This document shows, one piece after another, positions 17,800 to 26,345 of a stretch of DNA of 64,000 nucleotides. Location of the stretch: positions 128,001 to 192,000 of the forward strand of contig JANRKO010000028.1 of assembly GCA_033763455.1 (NCBI GenBank), written 5' to 3'. The position numbers and the translations under genes are program-made. The notes below the pieces were generated by a model. It did no database searches. It was not told the origin of the DNA and was given only the letters and a program-made list of their open reading frames with translations. Numbering within the stretch: the first letter of the stretch is position 1; each line of letters begins with the position of its first letter. This DNA is from Polyangiaceae bacterium. GTDB taxonomy: Bacteria; Myxococcota_A; Polyangia; Polyangiales; Polyangiaceae.

Positions 17800-20487
17800 A
17801 TGACCATATCTTCCCACGACTCGTTTTCGACGTTCCGACAACTGCAGGTGCCGGCTGGCACCCGCGGCTACTTCAGCTTACCAGCGCTTGCTGAAAGTGT
17901 GCGGGTGGATCTCGCACGCCTCCCATACTGTCTTCGCGTTTTGCTTGAGAACTTGCTCCGATGCGAGGATGGAAAATCCGTGACGCGTCAAGATATTCTG
18001 GCGCTCGCGGCCTGGGAACCGCAGGGCAACGCCCATGGTGAGATCGCCTTTCACCCGGCACGCGTGGTGCTTCAGGATTTTACGGGCGTCCCCGTAATCG
18101 TAGATCTTGCAGCGTTGCGTGATGCCATGGCGGAAATGGGTGGGGATCCCTCAAAGATCAACCCGCTGTTTCCGCTTGAGCTAGTGATCGATCACTCAGT
18201 GCAAGTTGATTCCTACGGCAGCTTAGATTCTCTATTGGTAAATACACGCAAGGAGTACGAACGGAACACCGAGCGTTATACGTTGTTGCGCTGGGCGCAG
18301 AATGCCTTCAACAACCTGAAGGTGGTGCCCCCGCAAACAGGTATTGTGCACCAGGTGAACTTGGAGCATTTGGCGCGGGTAGTCTTTGACTCTGAGGGCC
18401 TGCTCTACCCGGACACACTGGTCGGCACGGACAGCCATACCACCATGATCAACGGGCTTGGCGTGCTGGGGTGGGGTGTCGGCGGTATTGAAGCGGAGGC
18501 TGCCATGCTTGGGCAGCCCATCAGCATATTGATTCCGGAAGTTGTGGGGTTTCGTTTGCGTGGCAAGTTACCGCCGGGTAGTACCGCTACGGACCTCGTG
18601 CTGACCATTACGCGTCTGTTGCGCGATGTGGGTGTGGTGGAAAAGTTTGTCGAATTCTTTGGCGAAGGCCTGGATGATTTGCCGCTCGCGGATCGCGCTA
18701 CGATTAGTAACATGAGCCCAGAATTCGGCTCAACTTGCGCCATTTTTCCGATTGATGAGCAGACGCTCCGCTACCTTCGCCTTACCGGAAGAACGGATGA
18801 AGAGGTGGCGGTTATTGAGGCGTACACGCGCGCGCAAGGCTTCTTCCGAACCGCAGATGCTGTGGAGCCTGTATTCACGCAGGTGCTTGAGCTCGATCTT
18901 GGCACTGTCGTTCCTAGCTTAGCGGGTCCGCGGCGGCCGGAAGATAAAGTGGCTTTGAGTGCCGCCAAAGCAACTTGGGAGTCAGAGCTTGCTACGCTCA
19001 TCTCCAGCGCTCGCGCTGAACCAGCCGCCGTCGCTTTTGTTAACGCATCCAACCAAACCTTTGCGTTGAGTCACGGCAGCATCGTAATAGCCGCCATCAC
19101 ATCCTGCACCAATACGTCCAATCCTGCCGTCATGATGGCAGCCGGCCTCTTAGCACGAAATGCTCGTGCACACGGCCTAGAAGTAAAACCCTGGGTGAAG
19201 ACAAGCTTGGCGCCCGGCTCGAAGGTGGTAACCCGTTACCTAGAAGATGCCGGCGTGCTTCAAGATCTGGAGGCTTTGCGGTTTAACGTGGTGGGGTACG
19301 GCTGTACTACGTGTATTGGAAATAGTGGCCCTCTAGACGCACCGATTTCAGAAGCCGTGAACGCTCACAATCTTGTGGTGGTAAGCGTGCTCAGCGGGAA
19401 CCGCAATTTTGAAGGTCGCATCAGCCCTGATGTGCGCGCTAATTTCCTTGCGAGCCCTCCTTTGGTAGTGGCCTACGCCTTGGTGGGTCGGATGGACGTG
19501 GACCTGTTGACGGAGCCGTTGGGAGTGGATAGGAGTGGCAATAACGTCTTCCTGAGGGACATTTGGCCGTCGCCAGAGGAGGTGCAACGAGCAGTTCAGG
19601 CCCACGTGCAGGTCAGCCTGTACCGGGAGGAATATGCGAGTGTCTTTGAAGGAGATGCGGTCTGGAAAGCTCTGCCGGTTCCTCGCGAGCGCCTTTTCGC
19701 GTGGGATGCGGGGAGCACCTACGTGAGGCGTCCGAGTTTTCTGGAAGGCATTCCTCGTGAGCCTGCACCACTTGATGACATCCGGGGCGCGCGCGTTCTC
19801 GCCAAGCTCGGGGACTCGGTAACCACCGATCATATCTCCCCAGCCGGGAATATCTCCAAGGCATCGCCCGCGGGCGCTTACCTGCAAATGCATGGCGTGA
19901 AAGTTGCGGACTTTAATTCCTACGGTGCTCGTCGAGGCAACCACGAGGTCATGGTGCGCGGCACGTTTGCCAACGTGCGGCTGCGAAATCAGCTAGCCCC
20001 TGGAACGGAGGGCGGCCTCACTCGTCTCCTTCCTGACGGAGGCATCACATCACTCTTCGACGCCGCAGAGGCCTATCAAGCCAGCGGAACGCCCCTCTTG
20101 GTCCTGGCCGGCAAAGATTACGGCACCGGCTCGTCGCGCGATTGGGCGGCCAAAGGTACACGGCTTTTGGGGGTGAAAGCTGTCCTCGCAGAATCCTTCG
20201 AGCGCATTCACCGCAGCAACTTGATCGGCATGGGGGTCTTGCCTCTGCAATTTTTGCCCGGCCAGAGTGCTTTTACGCTAGGCCTCTCCGGTGAGGAGCG
20301 TTTCGATATTCAAGGCATCGCGAGTGCGCTTAGCCTCTCCAAGCTGCTGGATGTCGCCGCAACGGCCTCCGATGGACAGGTAAAACATTTTCGGGTCGTG
20401 TGTCGCATCGATACGCTGGTGGAGCTGGACTACTACTCGCATGGCGGCATTTTGCCCTTCGTTTTGCGCCAACTGCTGAGGGCGTGA
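17800..20487 (+). CDS. acnA: aconitate hydratase A
   Basis: QDFTGVP, DHSVQVD, GTDSHT, AITSCTNTSNP, GYGCTTCIGNSG, TTDHISP, GSSRDWAAKG. Confidence 0.97.
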   Translation: MTISSHDSFSTFRQLQVPAGTRGYFSLPALAESVRVDLARLPYCLRVLLENLLRCEDGKSVTRQDILALAAWEPQGNAHGEIAFHPARVVLQDFTGVPVIVDLAALRDAMAEMGGDPSKINPLFPLELVIDHSVQVDSYGSLDSLLVNTRKEYERNTERYTLLRWAQNAFNNLKVVPPQTGIVHQVNLEHLARVVFDSEGLLYPDTLVGTDSHTTMINGLGVLGWGVGGIEAEAAMLGQPISILIPEVVGFRLRGKLPPGSTATDLVLTITRLLRDVGVVEKFVEFFGEGLDDLPLADRATISNMSPEFGSTCAIFPIDEQTLRYLRLTGRTDEEVAVIEAYTRAQGFFRTADAVEPVFTQVLELDLGTVVPSLAGPRRPEDKVALSAAKATWESELATLISSARAEPAAVAFVNASNQTFALSHGSIVIAAITSCTNTSNPAVMMAAGLLARNARAHGLEVKPWVKTSLAPGSKVVTRYLEDAGVLQDLEALRFNVVGYGCTTCIGNSGPLDAPISEAVNAHNLVVVSVLSGNRNFEGRISPDVRANFLASPPLVVAYALVGRMDVDLLTEPLGVDRSGNNVFLRDIWPSPEEVQRAVQAHVQVSLYREEYASVFEGDAVWKALPVPRERLFAWDAGSTYVRRPSFLEGIPREPAPLDDIRGARVLAKLGDSVTTDHISPAGNISKASPAGAYLQMHGVKVADFNSYGARRGNHEVMVRGTFANVRLRNQLAPGTEGGLTRLLPDGGITSLFDAAEAYQASGTPLLVLAGKDYGTGSSRDWAAKGTRLLGVKAVLAESFERIHRSNLIGMGVLPLQFLPGQSAFTLGLSGEERFDIQGIASALSLSKLLDVAATASDGQVKHFRVVCRIDTLVELDYYSHGGILPFVLRQLLRA

Positions 20488-20557
20488 CGCCCAACGTGGC
20501 CCCCTTCGGAGCCGGACGCCCCCCCTCGATTTCATGGAGTAATTGGGTGCGTGCAGG

Positions 20558-20710
20558 CTAAAGCGATGTCCGCCGACCGGTAATCAAGTTGATCAGCACC
20601 ACCACAATCGCCACTACCAATAACAGGTGAACGAACCCACCCATGGTATAGGAAGTGACCAGCCCGAGTGCCCAGAGCACCAACAGAATAACAGCAATTG
20701 TCCACAACAT
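20558..20710 (-). CDS. 50-aa lmo0937-family (DUF5670-like) membrane protein, absent from the ORF track
   Basis: Manual translation MLWTIAVILLVLWALGLVTSYTMGGFVHLLLVVAIVVVLINLITGRRTSL*; AAGGA SD; own sigma54 promoter. Confidence 0.9.
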   Translation of the reverse strand: MLWTIAVILLVLWALGLVTSYTMGGFVHLLLVVAIVVVLINLITGRRTSL

Positions 20711-20781
20711 GAGTATTTCCTTGAGTTTGCCTGAGAGGGGTTAGCCCCGGTTGCTTCCTTGTGGGGAGGTAAGTGCCATCC

Positions 20782-20797
20782 AGCAAGCATCGTGCCG
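20782..20797 (-). promoter_or_regulatory. sigma54 promoter CGGCACG-ATGC-TTGCT
   Basis: Near-perfect consensus upstream of the small membrane protein gene. Confidence 0.75.
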
Positions 20798-20897
20798 CTG
20801 GTGGAACAGGGCAGATGCGGTGTTCAGACGCCATGCCAACGCGGGATTCGCGTCCCACCCAAAGCCGGGAGACCATCACCGCGGTGCCATTGCGCAA

Positions 20898-20923
20898 CGG
20901 CGCAACTTGCCCCACGTGTGGCA
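20898..20923. promoter_or_regulatory. putative enhancer CGGCGCA-ACT-TGCCCCA-CG-TGTGGCA
   Basis: Island motif 100-125 bp upstream of the -24 box. Confidence 0.6.
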
Positions 20924-20953
20924 ATTCACACCGTTCTTCGATTCTCTTTTTGG

Positions 20954-22606
20954 TCAAGCTATCTGAGGCACAGCCGCGAGAACTTCTAGCAACTGATGCG
21001 CATCCACTGGCTTCACCAGATGCGCCTCAAATCCGGCCGCAGCGCTCCTTGCTTTGTCGCTCGTTTGACCGTAGCCGGTAAGCGCGACCATTCGGCAGCC
21101 GGTACAGCTTGGGAGTGCGTGGAGCTTTTTCGCAAGCGTGTAGCCGTCCATGACGGGCAAACCTATGTCGAGTACCGCGAACTCCGGTCGAAATTCACCA
21201 GCGAGTTCGAGAGCCGCGAGTGGTTCTGTGGCGACCGCGACCTCGTGACCAAAAGAGCGCAAAATGTCCCCAAGCACTTCGGCCGCGTCGACGTTGTCGT
21301 CAACCACGAGGATTCGCTTCGAAATACCAGGCTGGGAGCGTGCCACCTCTGCCCTAGGGATTTGAGAACTGGTAGAGCCCGCGCGAGCAGGTAGACGAAC
21401 CCGAAATTCACTACCCAGACCCAGGCCAGCACTCACTGCACTCACGCTGCCCCCATGAAGCTGAACTAGATTCTTAACGAGAGCTAGGCCAACGCCCAGG
21501 CCCCCTCCTGGTCGCCCTTGGCCGCGAGGTGCCTGCGCAAACATGTCGAAGATGTTCGGAAGAATATCGGGCGCGATGCCTATGCCGTCGTCCTTTACGC
21601 AGAGCACGATCTCATCTTTCTCTCGAAACGCGGAGAGCTCGATGTGGCCGCCTGGGTGCGTATAGCGTGCGGCGTTGGTTAACAGATTAGCGACAACTTG
21701 GGATATTCGCACGGCATCCACGCGAACCCGTAGCCCTGTCCGCGGGACGTGCACTAAAAGCGTACTGCCTCGATTTTCTAGCAGAAAGCTAGCCATCTCG
21801 ATCGCTTCGGCGACCACCGTCCCAAGCTCCACCCATTCTTTACGGAGCTGGACTTTGCCGCGGGTGATTTTGGAGACATCCAAAAGGTCGTCTACCAGGC
21901 GCACCAGGTGCGTCACATGCCGTTCGATAAGCGCAAGCTCACGAGTGAGCTTGCCAGAATTTCGGAGCTTCACGAGTCCAATCGCCGTCACGATTGGAGA
22001 AAGTGGGTTGCGGAGCTCGTGACCCAACATAGCAAAGAATTCGTCCTTCGCGTTGTTGGCGGCCTCAAGGTCGCGGAGCAATCGCTCTCGTTCTGAGTAA
22101 GAGCGCTCCACAACGTGTCGGGCGCTTGCGGGGTCACTGATTTCGAGGCCGGCGATCATCAGCCCACTCACTACCCCCTCCTGCTGGATGGGCTCGACGT
22201 TGAAGCAAAATAGCGCCTCTTGGGGCTGGCCCTCTCCCGTGCGGGTCAAACTCATCCGGAATTCTGAAGTCGAAAAAGGATTCCCCGTTCGATACACCTC
22301 GCTCAATATCCCAACAAATTCACTGCCTTCCAATTCAGGAAACACTGCCGAAAAAGGCTTGCCAACAATGTCTCTCCTTCCAGCGATCTGGCAGTACCGC
22401 TCATTGGCTAACTCAAACGTGAGGTTATCTCCAGATAGCACCGCCACCGCGAATGGTGCTCTGTGCAGCAGGCGGTCGAGCGCATCGGCACGAGTGCTAT
22501 CCGTTGGAGGCGATGAGCTTGACGATGGTTTGGCGGGCACGGAAGTAAGATGAGACGATTTGGAAGCAACGTTCAAGGTTTTCTCAGGCTCAATGTCATG
22601 GGGCAA
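20954..22606 (-). CDS. hybrid sensor histidine kinase (PAS-HisKA-HATPase-REC); start uncertain
   Basis: FFAMLGHELRNPL, NLLTNAARY, DDGIGI, GGLGVGL, receiver VVDDNVD/VLDIGLP/KP. Confidence 0.92.
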   Translation of the reverse strand: MPHDIEPEKTLNVASKSSHLTSVPAKPSSSSSPPTDSTRADALDRLLHRAPFAVAVLSGDNLTFELANERYCQIAGRRDIVGKPFSAVFPELEGSEFVGILSEVYRTGNPFSTSEFRMSLTRTGEGQPQEALFCFNVEPIQQEGVVSGLMIAGLEISDPASARHVVERSYSERERLLRDLEAANNAKDEFFAMLGHELRNPLSPIVTAIGLVKLRNSGKLTRELALIERHVTHLVRLVDDLLDVSKITRGKVQLRKEWVELGTVVAEAIEMASFLLENRGSTLLVHVPRTGLRVRVDAVRISQVVANLLTNAARYTHPGGHIELSAFREKDEIVLCVKDDGIGIAPDILPNIFDMFAQAPRGQGRPGGGLGVGLALVKNLVQLHGGSVSAVSAGLGLGSEFRVRLPARAGSTSSQIPRAEVARSQPGISKRILVVDDNVDAAEVLGDILRSFGHEVAVATEPLAALELAGEFRPEFAVLDIGLPVMDGYTLAKKLHALPSCTGCRMVALTGYGQTSDKARSAAAGFEAHLVKPVDAHQLLEVLAAVPQIA

Positions 22607-22615
22607 ATTGCCTCA
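22599..22615. promoter_or_regulatory. island motif TGGGGCA-AAT-TGCCTCA at the 5' end of the kinase gene
   Basis: Near-perfect palindromic consensus. Confidence 0.55.
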
Positions 22616-22711
22616 GTGTGGTGGTCTTGTGGTCTGCAGTTCCTCAACGCTCTTGCGCTGATGAGGGGTCTCGCGGCCAAACAACGCGGGAAGGTCATCC
22701 TGCAGATCGTG

Positions 22712-22727
22712 TGCAATTGCCGGACCA
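22712..22727 (-). promoter_or_regulatory. possible sigma54 promoter TGGTCCG-GCAA-TTGCA
   Basis: GG-N10-GC with perfect -12 box, upstream of the kinase. Confidence 0.5.
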
Positions 22728-22769
22728 GCCATGAAGTGTCGCGCACTTGGCGCTTTGCCGGCGTCACCT

Positions 22770-22870
22770 CAGGCAGCGCGTGCACAAGGTGGATGCAGCA
22801 GCGAACGCAAAGTCCAAGCAGAGTGAGCGCGAGGTGGATGCAGCAGCGAACGCATGTCCAGGCAGCGCGT
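22770..22870. repeat. ~45-bp degenerate tandem repeat with exact 23-bp core
   Basis: AGGTGGATGCAGCAGCGAACGCA at 22787 and 22832; CAGGCAGCGCGT at 22770 and 22859. Confidence 0.85.
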
Positions 22871-22905
22871 TTGCAAGATCCCGGTGGCGCGTAGTCAAGC
22901 GGGCT

Positions 22906-22921
22906 TGGCATGAGGGGTGCA
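22906..22921 (+). promoter_or_regulatory. possible sigma54 promoter TGGCATG-AGGG-GTGCA
   Basis: GG-N10-GC match upstream of the holin-like gene pair. Confidence 0.5.
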
Positions 22922-22932
22922 AGCACTTAGCC

Positions 22933-23331
22933 GTGACTCCCCACGACTCAAGTGTGACCAGTGCACCGGCAGAGGTCATTCACGGCGCGCTTGACCTGCT
23001 ACGCGCCGAAATCAAAGTGGGGGTGGCCCACGCACGAGCCTTCGGAGTCCACGCCGGAATCGCTGTGGTGTTGGCCCTATTCAGTGCCGTCGTGCTGCAA
23101 GCTGCGGTCATTCTAACGGTGCTCTCCCCGCTTTGGTTTGATCATCTGCCGGTATCGAGAGCGTTGTTGGCTCTCGCAGCCCCGTACGTTGCAGCGGTTT
23201 TGGCGGCCGGGGGAGCGTACTTGGTCTGGCGGAAGGCATGCGAACCACCCCCTTTCCGCGATATTCACCACCCACATTTGCAAGTGAGAAACAACGATGA
23301 CGAACGAGCCCGGAAATCAGAAGCCCTTTGA
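22933..23331 (+). CDS. two-TM membrane protein resembling the YqjE/DUF1469 'holin-X' stress family (start 22933 or 22954)
   Basis: LDLLRAEIKVG helix followed by two hydrophobic segments. Confidence 0.6.
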   Translation: MTPHDSSVTSAPAEVIHGALDLLRAEIKVGVAHARAFGVHAGIAVVLALFSAVVLQAAVILTVLSPLWFDHLPVSRALLALAAPYVAAVLAAGGAYLVWRKACEPPPFRDIHHPHLQVRNNDDERARKSEAL

Positions 23332-23680
23332 AAATGGCGTAAATGAAGCGGAGCGGGAGTTAATTCAAGCCCGAGAACACTTTAGCGAAACACTGCGTGA
23401 TGCGTCGGCAGCATCCAAGATAGTAGTTAGGCAGGTGTGGCAATCCGGCAAGCCTGTGCTCCTGGGTGCAGCAATTCTGACTGGGGTTGTGGTGCTTGTT
23501 GCAGCACGAAGAGCGAGGGCACCCCGTTCATTTATCGAAATTCGAGTCACGGCCCCCACGGGCACGGCCTCGGTGCAAAAGAGCCTCCTAACGCTCGCGG
23601 CGAGGCTCGCGGTCGCTCTGTTGATTCAGCGCGTTGGCAAGGCGCGTTCACGGGGCTTCGAACTCGCTCAAGCCAGCTAA
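23297..23680 (+). CDS. small single-TM protein (DUF3618/YqjK-like partner)
   Basis: AERELIQAREHFSETL coiled coil plus KPVLLGAAILTGVVVLV TM; overlaps the upstream gene. Confidence 0.6.
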   Translation: MTNEPGNQKPFENGVNEAERELIQAREHFSETLRDASAASKIVVRQVWQSGKPVLLGAAILTGVVVLVAARRARAPRSFIEIRVTAPTGTASVQKSLLTLAARLAVALLIQRVGKARSRGFELAQAS

Positions 23681-23991
23681 TCTTGGACTTCCCCCAGTAA
23701 ATCCTGAAGCTCACCCAGCGCTTTGGAATCCCCTTTCGCGGCCGCCGCTTCGAGCCCCTCTTCCAGCCACAGTCGTGCTTTGGCCGGCTCCCCAAGCTCG
23801 ACAAGAAGCTGCGCCGCCATAAGGTACACCGGAACGTAAGTTGCGTCGCGTTCACGAAGGGAAGTGAAACTTGCGAGGGCGTCCGCGTGACGGCCGAGCT
23901 TCTTATACTCGAGCCCAAGTGCGTACTCGGCGAACGCATCGGCGGACCCGCTTTTTACTAACTTCTCAAGCATTTCAAGGCGTTTGTTCAT
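23677..23991 (-). CDS. small TPR protein
   Basis: DAFAEYALGLEY..LGRHADAL..F..L...D..YVPVYLMAAQ pattern; ATG 23991. Confidence 0.82.
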   Translation of the reverse strand: MNKRLEMLEKLVKSGSADAFAEYALGLEYKKLGRHADALASFTSLRERDATYVPVYLMAAQLLVELGEPAKARLWLEEGLEAAAAKGDSKALGELQDLLGEVQD

Positions 23992-24251
23992 TGGGGTTCG
24001 CTGGGCAGAAGGGCTGTGGGCGAAAGCTGCACGGAGGCAGGATTTGTGCGGCGAGGGCCTGCTCGCGTCTATGATGGTCATCCGTTGAGTGCCTTTTCAA
24101 GCTCGGCGGTCATGGTTCTATTCTCGACGAGGCTTTGAGGGCCAAAGGGGTTTGGCCTAGCCTCCCCATTGCACATCGGGGGGTGCTTCCGTAGGCGCCG
24201 AATCACGCGTGACGGCGCCTCGGATTTGCCTCTACGCTGTGCCACAGAAAC

Positions 24252-24851
24252 GTGGCACCTCCGTTCCTAGTTGTGATGGCTCTCGAAATAGAAAGCCAAG
24301 GGCTGTTCGCTGCTGAGGGCGTTCCGGTTATCTACACGGGTATCGGGAAGGTGAACGCGGCGTATCGTCTGACGCGGGAGCTTTCGGCGCACCGAGCGAA
24401 GTTTGGGGTGGTCCCGCGGGTGCTCAACTTCGGAACCGTGGGAAGCCCGAAGCTCCGTGCGGGAACTGTCGTTTCGTGTCGTCGCTTTGTGCAGCGAGAT
24501 ATGGATGTTTCCGGGCTTGGATTTGACATCGGAATTACGCCTTTCGAAGAGGTGCCGGCGATGCTTGAGTTTGCATCGCTCTTTCCGGGTTTAGCAGAGG
24601 CTGTGTGCGGCACCGGAGATCGATTTGAGACCGGAAAGCCCCGTGTTGATTGCGACGTGATCGACATGGAAGCATACGCTCTGGCCAAGGTGTGTCACCT
24701 GGAAGGCGCCGCTTTCGGTGCCGTGAAGTTTGTTACTGATGGGGCCGATGGTGATGCCGGGGCGGACTGGGCTGCGAATCTGCCGCGAGCTGCGCGAGCA
24801 TTCTTGGAGCACTATCGGGATGCGATGGGGCGCTTGGGAGTGGTGCGATAA
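24252..24851 (+). CDS. MTA/SAH nucleosidase-like protein (PNP_UDP_1 family)
   Basis: VMALEIE, YTGIGKVNAA, LNFGTVG, TGDRF, IDMEAYALA, KFVTD. Confidence 0.88.
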   Translation: MAPPFLVVMALEIESQGLFAAEGVPVIYTGIGKVNAAYRLTRELSAHRAKFGVVPRVLNFGTVGSPKLRAGTVVSCRRFVQRDMDVSGLGFDIGITPFEEVPAMLEFASLFPGLAEAVCGTGDRFETGKPRVDCDVIDMEAYALAKVCHLEGAAFGAVKFVTDGADGDAGADWAANLPRAARAFLEHYRDAMGRLGVVR

Positions 24852-24925
24852 TTGGCGGCCCTTCGCTTCGTTCGTCGCTTACGCAGGGCAGCGATCTCCC
24901 CGTCGATCTGCCTCTGAGCCCAACC

Positions 24926-26338
24926 CTACACTAAAGTCGAGATCGGCGAGCTGCAATAATCTCTGCCGGGTTCTTGGTAAGTAGTTCTTGGATCACCGAA
25001 GAGGTTCAGGATCGCCACAAGCAGATTGTTGTGGGGAATGCCGGGGTCTTCGTCGTTGCTCTTGTTTGACCGAAAGTCTAGGTGGCGCCCTGTCTTGAGG
25101 CCGCCGCCGCTACCAGCTAACATTAGCGGAAGGTTGTCCTTGGCGTGGCTTTCGGGCCAGCCCAACTCCGAGCCGAAGAAAACCACACTTTCGTCGAGTA
25201 GGCTGTGGCCGCCCATATCCACCTTGGCCATCTCGCCGAGCAGGTACGCATGTTGCTCGCTATACCAGGTGCCAATTTTCTCAAGCTCAGCCGGGCGGTA
25301 ACCTCCATCATGCTGATAGAAGTGGTGATGTTCAGATAGGCCGAGCCACGGAAATGTGTGTTTGGCTTCGGCATCCGTCCACTGCAGCGTGCCAACTGCC
25401 GTGATGTCGCAGGCGAAGGCCATGACCATCATGTCCATCATGTATTTGCCGACCACAGGAATGAGCGAATCTGTAGCAACGTCCTTCGCAACGGTGACAC
25501 TCGGGTTGTAGCCGGTCGTGTCAACGCGTGTTGGCGGCTGACACTTGCCGCCAGTCGCGGCTGTGGCGGAAAGCCCTTGCTCTACTTCCCGAATTTTCTC
25601 CAGATGCTGCTCTAGCTTGGCGCGATCCGCTGTGCCCAGGCGAGCACCAAGTGCCACAAATTTTCTGTCCACGAAATCCAAGATCGACTTCTTGCGCAGT
25701 ATGCGCTGGTCCGGTTGTCCCGGGGTGGTACCGGGCGTCGGTGCGAGCTGGCCGAAGAGGTCATTGTAGATCGCGACTGGATCCACGCTCGGCGGGATCT
25801 GCGCTGCGCCCGCGGCATCTTCGAAGTTGAGGCAGTTCATGTAATCGAGCCTGCCAGCGGACTCTCCGGTAGCCCAACGAATGGCAAACTGCAGGCTCGT
25901 TCTGGCTTTCTTGCCTTTTGAAATGCGCGTTGCGATTACCTGATCGATCGAAGGCAACACGGAGTGCTCATTGGGAGTGTTCTCCAGTTCTGCTCCCGTT
26001 AAGAGGCCATTCATGCCAGCTCCGTGTTGCTCACCAAGAGCACAAGCAAGGTTCAGTCCGCGAATCGTGAGGAGACGCTCTTGAACAGGAGCGAGCGGCG
26101 CCAAAATTGGGCTCAGAGCGGGCGCCGTTTCGGTTCCCGTTGGCCAGTAGCGTTGGCTGCCGTTCTGCGGAGCCTGCAGTGCACCACCTGGCGTAAAGAC
26201 CGTTAGAAAGCGATTGGCAGGCAACACGGCTTGGGCCTGCGCTGGCTCCACACCCATGGCTTCAAGCCAAGGTAGAGCTACAGCGATCGACCCCATGCCA
26301 CGCATCACCGCTCTACGGCTCAGTCGAAAACGGGTCAT
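24926..26338 (-). CDS. DUF1552-family protein with Tat signal
   Basis: LSRRAVMRGMGSIAVALPWLEAM, SIDQVIA, KSILDFV...LG.ADR.KL..HL..IRE.E, SLLDESVV. Confidence 0.9.
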   Translation of the reverse strand: MTRFRLSRRAVMRGMGSIAVALPWLEAMGVEPAQAQAVLPANRFLTVFTPGGALQAPQNGSQRYWPTGTETAPALSPILAPLAPVQERLLTIRGLNLACALGEQHGAGMNGLLTGAELENTPNEHSVLPSIDQVIATRISKGKKARTSLQFAIRWATGESAGRLDYMNCLNFEDAAGAAQIPPSVDPVAIYNDLFGQLAPTPGTTPGQPDQRILRKKSILDFVDRKFVALGARLGTADRAKLEQHLEKIREVEQGLSATAATGGKCQPPTRVDTTGYNPSVTVAKDVATDSLIPVVGKYMMDMMVMAFACDITAVGTLQWTDAEAKHTFPWLGLSEHHHFYQHDGGYRPAELEKIGTWYSEQHAYLLGEMAKVDMGGHSLLDESVVFFGSELGWPESHAKDNLPLMLAGSGGGLKTGRHLDFRSNKSNDEDPGIPHNNLLVAILNLFGDPRTTYQEPGRDYCSSPISTLV

Positions 26339-26345
26339 TTTCAGG

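Noticed and set aside
20532..20957. 141-aa ORF from the track
   Set aside because: Overlaps the better supported 50-aa gene and its regulatory sites in another frame, with no recognisable motifs
22770..22870. Possible mini-CRISPR array
   Set aside because: Only two 23-bp cores, the intervening sequences resemble each other, and no cas genes are present
22933..23331. Prophage lysis gene
   Set aside because: The holin-like family label fits general-stress membrane proteins, and no phage genes are nearby
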